Assembly (NCBI GenBank): GCA_963845185.1
Contig: CAWJRG010000010.1
Span: 640,001 to 704,000 of the forward strand
Length of the DNA stretch: 64,000 nucleotides
Reading direction: 5' to 3'
From: an uncultured bacterium
GTDB taxonomy: Bacteria; Oederibacteriota; PGYV01; CAWJRG01
The notes beneath the pieces are model-generated. The model was not told where the DNA came from. It ran no database searches and worked only from the letters and a program-made list of their open reading frames with translations. Below, in pieces: positions 40,244 to 49,146 of the stretch (positions within the stretch are counted from its first letter, which is position 1; every line of letters starts with the position of its first letter). A program made the translations under genes and the position numbers.

Positions 40244-40744
40244 TTAAAGTTTCCCGTACAAATCCATTGCCCAGGATTTTATCGTTTCCCAGTTTATGTA
40301 GTCCTGGTCTTTCATTTTCGCCATCTTCTCAAATATAAAACGCGCAAAAAATCCAAGTTTCGCCAGTTCCACTTTACCGGCAAACAACCCCTCACTTACG
40401 GGCTTGACCACGGCTTTTATCGGTTCCAGCCACGAGCTTACCTTTATTCTGTTTTCCGGCGTATCGTCTTTCATTGTCAGGCACACCACAAAAAGCGCCA
40501 CAGGAACTTTGTTTAACGCTTCCTTATAACGGCTAACAAAACTCTTTACTGACCCTTTTATATGCCCTGCTCTGATATTTGTTCCTATAACAACCGCGTC
40601 ATATCCCGCAATATTCTTTATTTTCTCAACAGGATTTACCTCGACAAGAGCTCCTTTTTCCGCCAGTATTTTTCCTATGAAATCCGAAACTTCGGCAGTT
40701 GAACCCGCGCTCGACCCAAAAGCTACAAGAATTTTTTTTGGCAT
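40244..40744 (-). CDS. Flavodoxin-domain protein (HemG-like long chain)
   Basis: S.AGSTAEV, YDAVVIG, FAGK, D..NW..I..WA. Confidence 0.85.
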   Translation of the reverse strand: MPKKILVAFGSSAGSTAEVSDFIGKILAEKGALVEVNPVEKIKNIAGYDAVVIGTNIRAGHIKGSVKSFVSRYKEALNKVPVALFVVCLTMKDDTPENRIKVSSWLEPIKAVVKPVSEGLFAGKVELAKLGFFARFIFEKMAKMKDQDYINWETIKSWAMDLYGKL

Positions 40745-40818
40745 TTTTCCTCCTTTTGCATATTTTTTGTATTTCTGCTTCCAATTATACTATACTTTCC
40801 ATCAATATCTTATGAAAT

Positions 40819-40895
40819 AAAAAAAGGGCCCCGTTTTTGATGAGTGTTCTTTAAATAGGGAGAGAGAGGATTTTGGAGGGTGCGGAGCCCTTTTT
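40819..40895 (-). terminator. Terminator-like stem with long CU-rich loop after phoU
   Basis: AAAAAGGGCTCCG/CGGGGCCCTTTTTTT stem, ~50-nt loop. Confidence 0.6.
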
Positions 40896-40932
40896 ATGAA
40901 TAACCAAAATTAAATATTCAGAAATTTTTAAG

Positions 40933-41628
40933 CTATTTTAAATTATTTTCGCCCTTATGCCCTGAATCATCCAAAATTTCGTCCTTGTGGTGCTTTATTA
41001 CCCTGCCTTCAACCATGAAAATCACGTCTTCTGCAATGTTTGTGGCAAGGTCAGCAAGGCGCTCCAAGTCGCGCGATATCCTCAGCACGTGTAAAGATGC
41101 CGTGATGCCTGCCGGGTTTTCTCCCATTGACTTGATTGACTCCTGCAGAATATGGTCTCCTATCTCATCAACCGCGTCGTCCCTTTCGCAGACGTCTTTT
41201 GCAGTCTTCGGGTCGTTGTTTATAAAAGAATTTATGCTGTCTTTCAGCATGTACTCTGCAAGCGAGCTCATTTTTTCAAGGTCGTCAAGGTGCTCCACAT
41301 CACGCCTGCCTGCGAGGAAAAGGTTGCTCTGGCATACATTTACCGCCATATCTCCTATTCTCTCGAGGTCGTTGTTTATTTTCAGCACCATGAGTATTGT
41401 CCTCATGTCAATTGCCTTTGGGCTGAACTGGGCTATGAGCACAAAGCAGTTTTCCTCTATCACCAGTTCCCTGCTGTTTGCTATGGGCTCGTCTTTTTGT
41501 ATCACTCCGAGCAGCATGCCCTTGTCGTTTTTTAAAAGGCCCTTGACGCTTTTGTTAATCATGTCATCCACAAACAGCGCGTATTCCACGAGCATTTTTT
41601 TCAGGTCATTTATCTTTTCTTCAAACAT
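40933..41628 (-). CDS. phoU: Phosphate signalling protein PhoU
   Basis: P.AIDMR, DLERIGDMAVN, RDDAVD, DLERLADLATNIAEDVIF. Confidence 0.95.
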   Translation of the reverse strand: MFEEKINDLKKMLVEYALFVDDMINKSVKGLLKNDKGMLLGVIQKDEPIANSRELVIEENCFVLIAQFSPKAIDMRTILMVLKINNDLERIGDMAVNVCQSNLFLAGRRDVEHLDDLEKMSSLAEYMLKDSINSFINNDPKTAKDVCERDDAVDEIGDHILQESIKSMGENPAGITASLHVLRISRDLERLADLATNIAEDVIFMVEGRVIKHHKDEILDDSGHKGENNLK

Positions 41629-41640
41629 TATTTTCCTCCT

Positions 41641-41900
41641 TGCAAGAGTTTATTTTGCAAACCTAAGGGTGCAGCAAAATATTACTCTTGCATGCACCCG
41701 CTCAAGCCCGAGGCTACAAGCCGAGGGCAAGAGGTGCTTAAATTCCGTTTACTTTGCCAAGCCGTCGAAGGCAGTCAAATAGTCCTGTGGACTATTTGGC
41801 GGGTAGTTACCATAAGTCATCATATAAAAGCTACCCAACAAAATCTTACGGAGTCTTGCACCCGCTCCAGCCCGAGGCTACAGCCGAGGGCAAGAGGTGC
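41641..41900. repeat. Modular hairpin repeat array (A-B-nested A-B)
   Basis: Two GCACCCGCTC.AGCCC..GGGCAAGAGGTGC copies; the nested unit matches 55614..55720. Confidence 0.85.
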
Positions 41901-41917
41901 TGATTATCTTGCCTTTA

Positions 41918-42721
41918 TCATCCAAACCTTCCTGTAATATAGTCCTCGGTAATTTTCTTTCCCGGGTTTGTGAACATCTTTGATGTAGTATCGTACTGCA
42001 TAATCTCTCCCAGCATGAAAAATGCGGTCATGTCCGCTATCCTTGCTGCCTGCTGCATGTTGTGCGTGACTATTACGATTGTATAATTTTTCTTAAGTTC
42101 TACTATCAGGTCCTCTATTTTTGAGGTTGACAAAGGGTCAAGCGACGCCGTGGGCTCATCCATCAAAATGACTTCCGGCTTTATCACAAGGCAGCGCGCT
42201 ATGCACAGCCTTTGCTGCTGGCCGCCTGAAAGGTCAAAAGCATTGCGTGACAAAATATTTTTTACCTCTTCCCACAACCCTGCTTCTTTCAGGCTTTGCT
42301 CGACTTTTGCCTCAAGCTCTGCCTGGTTTTTATGAAGCCTGTTTATCCTGAGCCCGTACGCCACGTTTTCGAAAATTGATTTTGGAAAAGGGTTTGGTTT
42401 CTGGAAAACCATACCTACCCTGCGCCTGAGCTGGGTAACGTCAATACCCTCATTGTATATGTTGTTTCCATCAAGGTTCAAATCCCCGTCCACGGTGAAA
42501 TGCTGTATAAGGTCGTTCATCCTGTTTATCGAGCGCAGAAAAGTTGACTTGCCGCACCCTGACGGGCCTATGATTGCCACCACGTTGTTTGCCTGTATCT
42601 GCAGATTTATATTTTTCAGCGCAGCCACCCCGTCGTAATAGGCGTTGAAATTTTTTGCCTCAATCAGCACAGTTTCAGTTTGAGCCGTTTCTTCAGGCGT
42701 TTCTGTTTTATTTTCATTCAT
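41918..42721 (-). CDS. pstB: Phosphate ABC transporter ATPase
   Basis: [48 protein letters not shown] before ATG 42721. Confidence 0.95.
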   Translation of the reverse strand: MNENKTETPEETAQTETVLIEAKNFNAYYDGVAALKNINLQIQANNVVAIIGPSGCGKSTFLRSINRMNDLIQHFTVDGDLNLDGNNIYNEGIDVTQLRRRVGMVFQKPNPFPKSIFENVAYGLRINRLHKNQAELEAKVEQSLKEAGLWEEVKNILSRNAFDLSGGQQQRLCIARCLVIKPEVILMDEPTASLDPLSTSKIEDLIVELKKNYTIVIVTHNMQQAARIADMTAFFMLGEIMQYDTTSKMFTNPGKKITEDYITGRFG

Positions 42722-42736
42722 GGGTTTACTCCCTAT

Positions 42737-42832
42737 GACAGCGTTTGTTTTATCAAGCCGAAGGCGCTGGTAAAACATTACGCTGTCTTGCACCCGCTCA
42801 AGTCCGCAGCCAAAGCTGGGGACAAGCGGTGC
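42737..42832. repeat. Modular hairpin repeat (modules A+B)
   Basis: GACAGCGTTTGTTTTA..TAAAACATTACGCTGTC + GCACCCGCTCAAGTCC..GGACAAGCGGTGC. Confidence 0.85.
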
Positions 42833-42877
42833 TTTCTATTATATTTTGTTCCTCAAAACTTTTTTTGTTCCGGAAAT

Positions 42878-43729
42878 TTACCATTTTCTTTCCTTCCTTA
42901 TTTTTGTCCTTACTATTATTGCGGACGCGTTGATGACAAGCACGAGCAGCAAAAGCACCAGCGCAGTGCCGTAAGCAATGCTTACCTGCTCGGGCCTGTT
43001 GCCTTCTGTCATGAGCGCGTAAATATGGTACGGCAGAGCCATTACTTCCGAGAGAAGAGACGTCGGCAGTTTTATTGTGTAAAACGTGGCAGCTGTCATA
43101 AGTATAGGCGCTGTCTCTCCTGCTGCCCTGCCTATGCTTAGTATGACTCCGGTCAATATGCCGGGCAGCGAATTCGGAAGCACTATTTTATAAACTGTCT
43201 GCCATTTTGTCGCGCCGAGCGCGAGTGATGCTTCCTTGAAAGTAAGCGGCACTGTAAGTATAGCCTCCTCTGATGTCCTTATTATCGTGGGCAGTATAAG
43301 CATGCCCAGCACAAGGCTTCCTGAAAGCAGGGAAACGCCAAACTCCATGAATTTCACAAAAACAGCCAGGCCAAAAAGCCCGAAAACTATCGAAGGTACG
43401 CCTGAAAGCGCATCTATGCCGACGCGTACAATCCTTACTGCCCTCCTGTTCCTGGCGTATTCCGTGAGCCATATTGCTGTCAATATCCCGAGAGGCACCG
43501 CGAAAATTACCGCGCCTATTGAAAGCAGGAAAGTTCCCATAATTGCCGGGAATATCCCGCCTTTTGTCATGCCGTCGCTCGGGAACTGGGTAAAAAACCC
43601 GAAACTCAATACCTTTATGCCTTTTGCCGCGATGAATAAAATTATTGTGCCTAAAAACACAAGGACAAAAAGCAGGCAAAGCCTTATAAAGAGAAAACCT
43701 AATGCCTGGGATATTTTCCTGTAATTCAT
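42878..43729 (-). CDS. pstA: Phosphate ABC transporter permease
   Basis: GGIFPAIMGT, GVPSIVFGLFG, EASLALGATKW, RAAGETAP. Confidence 0.95.
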   Translation of the reverse strand: MNYRKISQALGFLFIRLCLLFVLVFLGTIILFIAAKGIKVLSFGFFTQFPSDGMTKGGIFPAIMGTFLLSIGAVIFAVPLGILTAIWLTEYARNRRAVRIVRVGIDALSGVPSIVFGLFGLAVFVKFMEFGVSLLSGSLVLGMLILPTIIRTSEEAILTVPLTFKEASLALGATKWQTVYKIVLPNSLPGILTGVILSIGRAAGETAPILMTAATFYTIKLPTSLLSEVMALPYHIYALMTEGNRPEQVSIAYGTALVLLLLVLVINASAIIVRTKIRKERKW

Positions 43730-43730
43730 T

Positions 43731-44600
43731 TTATTTTGCCCTCACATATATTTCCGCAAGCAGGGAAAAAATCAGGTTGAATACAAAAAGTACTATGCCT
43801 ATGCCGAAGAGCGCGTGGTAGTGCATACTGCCGACCACGGCCTCGCCCATTTCAAGCGCTATCGAGGCGGTCATCGCCCTCATCGGCTCGAAAATCGTCC
43901 CGGGCATTTTTATGGCATTGCCTCCCACCATCAGCACCGTCATTGTCTCGCCCATTGTCCTGCTTACTCCGAGGATAATTGCCGTGAATATCCCTGACCT
44001 TGCCGCAGGTATAACCACCTTTATTATTGTTTCCCACTTGTTTGCTCCCAGCGCGTATGAAGCGTGCCTTAATTCCTTTGGTACGGCAGCTATCGCGTCC
44101 TCTGTAATGCTGGCAATAAGCGGCACTGCCATTACTGCCAGTATGAGCGCGGCAGTAAATCCGCACTGTCCCGTCGGCAAATGGAATACTTTCTGTACAA
44201 GCGGTGCGACAAATACTATCCCAAAAAACCCGAAAACAACCGATGGAACTCCTGCGAGTACTTCCATCACAGGCTTTATTATTTCCCTGGTCCTCGCGCC
44301 TGCCATTTCAGAAATATACACTGCGCTGCCTATGCCGAGCGGCAGGGCTATAAGTACTGCTGCCACGGTAATTACCCACGACGCGACAACCATGGTCATT
44401 ATGCCGAACTCGGGGTCTGCCGCAGTCGGCTGCCACTGGGAACCGAACAAAAATTTTAAAATGCCGTATCCTTTAAAAACCGGAAATCCTGCGAATAGGA
44501 GCGTCAGGGCAATGGCTCCAAGGAATATAAGGGACACCGAAGCAAATATTGGGAGCATTTTTTCTATGAAATTTTTTTTCATTGTTTTCCCTCTTTCCAT
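43731..44600 (-). CDS. pstC: Phosphate ABC transporter permease
   Basis: W.P....FG, E.LAGVPSVVFG, ASYALGA.KWE, R.MGETMTV.MV.GN. Confidence 0.95.
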   Translation of the reverse strand: MERGKTMKKNFIEKMLPIFASVSLIFLGAIALTLLFAGFPVFKGYGILKFLFGSQWQPTAADPEFGIMTMVVASWVITVAAVLIALPLGIGSAVYISEMAGARTREIIKPVMEVLAGVPSVVFGFFGIVFVAPLVQKVFHLPTGQCGFTAALILAVMAVPLIASITEDAIAAVPKELRHASYALGANKWETIIKVVIPAARSGIFTAIILGVSRTMGETMTVLMVGGNAIKMPGTIFEPMRAMTASIALEMGEAVVGSMHYHALFGIGIVLFVFNLIFSLLAEIYVRAK

Positions 44601-44711
44601 CGCCTTTATTTAATTGCAGGGACGGCCATAGGCCGTCCCAAAAATCTAACTTCGAAACAGCCTTTTTTGGCATGGGACGCTGCCAAAAAGGATGCTTCAT
44701 GGCGCATTACA

Positions 44712-44765
44712 AGTATATGAACCAACCTTTAAAAACATATTAAAATTGTGTTAATTTTGTGTTAA
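44712..44765 (-). promoter_or_regulatory. Pho-box-like promoter of pstCAB-phoU
   Basis: TTAACAC/TTAACAC/TTAATAT at 11-bp period, -10 TATACT. Confidence 0.7.
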
Positions 44766-46300
44766 GTCGCCTTTTCAAAATTGACCTTTCTGCCGTAAAC
44801 CTCCTCAAAAAGGAACTTTTTCACATCCGCGCCCCATATGGCAATGTCAATATTGCTTTTTGACGAGTATTTTAGTATTAAGTTGACGGTATTCCTGCGG
44901 ATAACACATCTGACAAATTCGATTGCCGAGGAGTGCATCCTGTCCAGGCCGTCTGCTATCCTGAGTATTGCAGCCAGTTTCCTGACTTTTTCGCGGTCAT
45001 TGTCCGACAGATTTAAAAAGCCCGGGTGCTTCATTTTTGGGTGGCTTTTCCTGTGGTACCTGCTTATGTTTGCTATTATTTCTTTTTCGTTTTCGGTAAA
45101 CCCGAAAAGTTCGGCGTTCCTGATAAGGTAGTATGAGTGTATGTGGTGCTGTGAGTGGGAAAGCACCAGGCCTATGTCGTGAAGTATGGCGGCGTAGCGC
45201 AAATATTCCCGCTCCGCGTGCTTGAGCCTGTGCAAAGATTTCAACTGGTCGAAAATCTCAAGCGCAAGTTTTTCCGTCTGGAAAGCATGTTTTTCCTCAA
45301 GCCGGAAAGTCCTGCCAAGTGCTATCACGCTTTTATAACGCAGGTCTATGAACATGTGCGAATATTTACCCGGATATGCCCTTTGCATCGTGTCAAAAAT
45401 CAGGCCTTCCCTGAGCGCGTATTCCGAAACCTTTAATTCCTCAATATCAAACTGCCTGAATATCTCGCTTAGTATAATTATGCCGGATATTATTATGTCC
45501 GCCCGTTTTTTATTAAGCCCGGGAATCACAGCTATCTTTTCCGGGGTTCCGGCATGGAGTATCTTTTCAGCAACTTTTTCAAATTCCTTCCTTGTCAGGA
45601 CATTGTTTTCATTTTCATGGCTGCCTGAAAGCTTCCGCGCCACATTCAGTGCATTTATTATTGTGCCGGATGTGCCTATGACCTCGTCATACTTTATTTT
45701 TTTTACTGCCCTTACTATGGGGAACAGCATGCCTTTAACGAAACTGCGGCATTTTTTTACGGCCTTGCGCTTGAATTTATGTTCCGGGAAAAATTTTTCA
45801 GTCAGCCTCACCGTGCCTATTTTGAGGCTGTTGCCGTAAAAAATATTGTTCTTTTGCCCCACAAGGAATTCCGTGGAACCGCCGCCAATGTCGACCACCA
45901 GGATTTTCTTGTTGTAAACAGGCAGGGCGTGAAGCACTCCCTGGTAAATGAGCCGCGCTTCCTCGAATCCCGATATGACCTCTATGTCGATTCCTGTTTC
46001 CACTTTTACTTTTTTCAGGAAAAAATCCACGTTCAGCGCCTCGCGCACCACGCTTGTCCCCACTGCCCTGATCGAGGCCTTTTTTGCAGTACAGATTCTC
46101 TTGAATCGTTTCAGCGTGTCTACGGCTTTCGCCATAGCTTCGCCGCTTATAAATTTCATGTTCGCAGACCCGGAACCGAGTCTTATCATTTCTTTTTCCC
46201 TGTCTATTATGTAAAGCTTGCTGTTTTCAAGGTCAACCCTGGCTATTATCATATGGAATGAGTTTGTGCCGGCGTCTATTGCTGCAATGTGTTTGTTCAT
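44762..46300 (-). CDS. ppx: Exopolyphosphatase Ppx/GppA with HD domain
   Basis: AIDAGTNSFH, EEARL, DIGGGSTE, LREG, LHDIG, ADGLD. Confidence 0.93.
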   Translation of the reverse strand: MNKHIAAIDAGTNSFHMIIARVDLENSKLYIIDREKEMIRLGSGSANMKFISGEAMAKAVDTLKRFKRICTAKKASIRAVGTSVVREALNVDFFLKKVKVETGIDIEVISGFEEARLIYQGVLHALPVYNKKILVVDIGGGSTEFLVGQKNNIFYGNSLKIGTVRLTEKFFPEHKFKRKAVKKCRSFVKGMLFPIVRAVKKIKYDEVIGTSGTIINALNVARKLSGSHENENNVLTRKEFEKVAEKILHAGTPEKIAVIPGLNKKRADIIISGIIILSEIFRQFDIEELKVSEYALREGLIFDTMQRAYPGKYSHMFIDLRYKSVIALGRTFRLEEKHAFQTEKLALEIFDQLKSLHRLKHAEREYLRYAAILHDIGLVLSHSQHHIHSYYLIRNAELFGFTENEKEIIANISRYHRKSHPKMKHPGFLNLSDNDREKVRKLAAILRIADGLDRMHSSAIEFVRCVIRRNTVNLILKYSSKSNIDIAIWGADVKKFLFEEVYGRKVNFEKAT

Positions 46301-47026
46301 TTATTCTGTGATCCCCAGAACCGACATTATGCCTTCCTTGAGTATTTTGTTGACATGGGAAAATTTTTTACCTGCGTCAACTACCTGGAACCCGTATTCT
46401 TTTGCCATTGAGTCGAATATTGAGATAACTTTTTTCTGGTAATGGATGAAGCTGTCGTAAAAATCCTCACCGAGCCTCATGTCCATGCCCGATTCCCAGA
46501 AATCCATCATTTTCTCCGTGCTTTTCCAGTACTCGTCTCCCAGGTTGTCGCTGTTTAATATGCGCGGGATGAGCGCCTTTACCCTTACGCGCATATAAAA
46601 AACCGCGTCAGGTACAAGCGCAAAACCGTATGATTTCAACAGCCACTCCCTGTCAATGCCCCTGGTGAGCGAGCGGGCAAAAGCAGTGTATATGTAACGG
46701 TCTGCCAGCACTATGTAACCCGCTTTCAGCGCAGGTATTATCTCGTGCTCGAGCCTGTCCGCAAAATCAGCCAGGTAAAGCAAACTGAAAGTATGTACAT
46801 TTAAATTCTGGCGTTCTTTTGCGTCCTGGACTGCCTTGCCGATAAAAGGCGAGCGTATCCAGCCGGTCACAGATACCGGATAACCCTTTACTTCGAGCCA
46901 CTCCTTAATGTCGCTTATCTGGGTGGAACGTCCAACACCGTCAGTGCCCTCTATCACAATCAGCTTGCCTGTTATGTCGCTCAAGTCAATTTTTGGCAGC
47001 GTTATCCCTGAAAAAGTCTTGATCAT
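46301..47026 (-). CDS. Thymidylate-kinase-like protein with variant P-loop
   Basis: EGTDGVGRST, ADRYIYTAFAR. Confidence 0.85.
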   Translation of the reverse strand: MIKTFSGITLPKIDLSDITGKLIVIEGTDGVGRSTQISDIKEWLEVKGYPVSVTGWIRSPFIGKAVQDAKERQNLNVHTFSLLYLADFADRLEHEIIPALKAGYIVLADRYIYTAFARSLTRGIDREWLLKSYGFALVPDAVFYMRVRVKALIPRILNSDNLGDEYWKSTEKMMDFWESGMDMRLGEDFYDSFIHYQKKVISIFDSMAKEYGFQVVDAGKKFSHVNKILKEGIMSVLGITE

Positions 47027-47709
47027 ATTATGGGCTCCGGCACATAATTTTCGAGCACTGATTTTGTCATTTCGCGCACCAGATGCTGCTGGCTGTTTAT
47101 GCTCTGCGTCGCGTCAATGACATTCAGGCCGTACTCAGCGCATATCCTGTCATATTCCTCCAGTATTTTTCCCTGGAATATTTTGAAACTTTCCTCCGGG
47201 TCGTCGGAAAAGCCTATATCCATGCCTGCCTCGTAGTATTTCAGGCTCGGCCTTCCTATCATTATTCTTTTTATGGAAACATCCGTGTTAACCTTGAAAT
47301 ATAATGCGAGATTTGGTTTTATAGCAAAACCGTAAAGATCCTTGACCCACTCGCGGTCAACTCCCCTCACTGCGTCTCTGGCAAATGCAGTATATATGTA
47401 GCGGTCGGCAAGGACTATCATTCCTGCTTTTAACGGCGGCAAAATCAAATGGTTCAGCCTGTCTGCAAAATCAACAGCGTGCAAAATGCTGAATGTAGTC
47501 GGAGTAAGAAGATTTTTTTTCTTTCCTCTCCTTATAGTTTCGTTGACAAGGTCGGAAGAGTTCCACTCCGTGAAAAAAACCTGGTGCCCGAGGCTTTTGA
47601 GCCATTCCTGGAGCAGCCTGAGCTGCGTGGATTTTCCCGAGCCGTCTATGCCTTCAACTATTATTAGTTTTCCCGGATAAGGGTGCTGGTCAAGATATTT
47701 TCTTGGCAT
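47023..47709 (-). CDS. Thymidylate-kinase-like protein
   Basis: EGIDGSGKST, ADRYIYTAFAR, YYEAGMD. Confidence 0.88.
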   Translation of the reverse strand: MPRKYLDQHPYPGKLIIVEGIDGSGKSTQLRLLQEWLKSLGHQVFFTEWNSSDLVNETIRRGKKKNLLTPTTFSILHAVDFADRLNHLILPPLKAGMIVLADRYIYTAFARDAVRGVDREWVKDLYGFAIKPNLALYFKVNTDVSIKRIMIGRPSLKYYEAGMDIGFSDDPEESFKIFQGKILEEYDRICAEYGLNVIDATQSINSQQHLVREMTKSVLENYVPEPII

Positions 47710-47714
47710 TATTT

Positions 47715-48218
47715 TTACCTAATCGCGCGAAGCTGTTTGGGCTGCATGAGCCACACAAGCTTCGTGGTATTTTCAGGCGGCAGGCCGTCCATGTCAAGCC
47801 TAGCGACCGCGCCTTTTTTCAGGACAATTGAAATATTCATTGAGCCCAGCATAAACCCGATCATCACCGATAAGTCGGGCTCATGTCCCACAAGCAAAAT
47901 GCTGTTGCACGCCTTGTGCTCGGCTATTGTCAGGGCAAGCATTTTCATGCTTCCGCCAGGCGCGAGTTCCTTAATAACCTCGATTTTTTTCTTGAACCCG
48001 TATTCCTGCGCGACTATTATGGCAGTTTCAAATGCGCGCTTTAGCGGGCTTGAAAAAATGCACGCGATGTCAGGCACAATTTTTTTCAGTCCTTTTGCTG
48101 CCTTTGCCACCTTTTTTATGCCGTCTTCTGTGAGCGGCCTCTCTGAATCCCTGTCGCGGAAAAGCGGGATGTTCTTGTCCACGGCCGGACCGTGCCGCAT
48201 AAAATATAATCGGGTCAT
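47715..48218 (-). CDS. sixA: SixA-like phosphohistidine phosphatase
   Basis: MRHG.A, D.ERPLT..G, SSPLKRA.ETA, LVGHEP. Confidence 0.88.
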   Translation of the reverse strand: MTRLYFMRHGPAVDKNIPLFRDRDSERPLTEDGIKKVAKAAKGLKKIVPDIACIFSSPLKRAFETAIIVAQEYGFKKKIEVIKELAPGGSMKMLALTIAEHKACNSILLVGHEPDLSVMIGFMLGSMNISIVLKKGAVARLDMDGLPPENTTKLVWLMQPKQLRAIR

Positions 48219-48267
48219 GTTTTCACCTATTTTTGTAGTTAAATTATAAGATATGAGTATTGTGGAA

Positions 48268-48296
48268 TTTTTAAGAAATAGTTAATTATTTGTTAA
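48268..48296 (-). promoter_or_regulatory. Pho-box-like repeats upstream of sixA-tmk-tmk-ppx
   Basis: TTAACAA/TTAACTA/TTAAAAA at 11-bp period. Confidence 0.55.
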
Positions 48297-48321
48297 AATT
48301 TTTGGACTGATAAGCGAGCTG

Positions 48322-48572
48322 TGGAGCCCCCCGCCTTCACAGGCGGGGCACCTTTAAAAAATTCTCATATGCTCCCTCCCCGGAGCGGTCATATATCCCA
48401 CCGGGATATATTCCTATCCCAGCCTGACTTCGGCTGAGCTCAGTCGAAGCCCTACCGGCGGGGATTTTCGCGGAGTGGGATTAAATGAAAATTTTTATAT
48501 ATTTTATGCCTTCATTGCCCCATCCTTACCACTTACCACTTACCACTTACTCCTACCCTTACCACTACCTTG
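48322..48572. repeat. Cluster of REP-like palindromes and a heptamer (CTTACCA) array
   Basis: CCCCGCC..GGCGGGG, TATATCCC..GGGATATA, CTTCGGCTGAGCTCAGTCGAAG, (CTTACCA)n. Confidence 0.6.
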
Positions 48573-48874
48573 GATGGCGCAGTTACATATGTTTCAGTCT
48601 TTTTTCCACTTGATACTTATAGGTTGTGGAGAAATAAGGGGGATGATTATGCGAATTGGGTTGGGCATAGTGCGTATATAGTATTTTATACGAAATTTGT
48701 TTTTAAGAGGTTTTTTCCAATGTTTATCATACAAATCTTTGGTTTAAAGGAATTTGTATAACATTTTATATGAAATTAGATTTTCATGATATATTTTGCC
48801 CGAATTCTGCTTTGGCCCCTATTTGCATCGGGATTAATTTTGTTCTCATCATATTGCTTCTACTTTGGCATTTC

Positions 48875-49042
48875 TTATTTATCCTTGATTTCATGTATTT
48901 CGTGAAAAGCAAACTGCTCGTGTTCCCCCGTATCCATTTTGATAGTAAATGCAACTTTCCCTTTTGGAAGATGTATCTCTTTTACTATTTCCCCATGCTT
49001 ATCTTTATGCTCTCCCAACTTCAATCGTATTCTTGTTGACAC
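48875..49042 (-). CDS. Small 55-aa hypothetical protein (KOW/SH3-like?), below ORF-track cutoff
   Basis: GGGAG RBS, GTG start, MSTRIRLKLGEHKDKHGEIVKEIHLPKGKVAFTIKMDTGEHEQFAFHEIHEIKDK. Confidence 0.5.
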   Translation of the reverse strand: MSTRIRLKLGEHKDKHGEIVKEIHLPKGKVAFTIKMDTGEHEQFAFHEIHEIKDK

Positions 49043-49146
49043 TATTTACTCCCAATTTTACTTAAATCTTAATTTTTCCCCCTTCCGCGAACACAACCTT
49101 TAATCAATCTTTTCTTCAGCAAACACTGAATTTTAATACTTCTAAT

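Noticed and set aside
41641..41900. Hairpin arrays as integron attC sites or CRISPR repeats
   Set aside because: No attC core sites, located within a core pst operon, no regular repeat-spacer pattern
42722..42793. N-terminal extension of PstB in the ORF track
   Set aside because: It translates the hairpin repeat; RBS supports ATG at 42721
46301..47709. Assigning the gene symbol tmk
   Set aside because: Tandem paralogs, a variant P-loop and ppx context argue against the housekeeping enzyme
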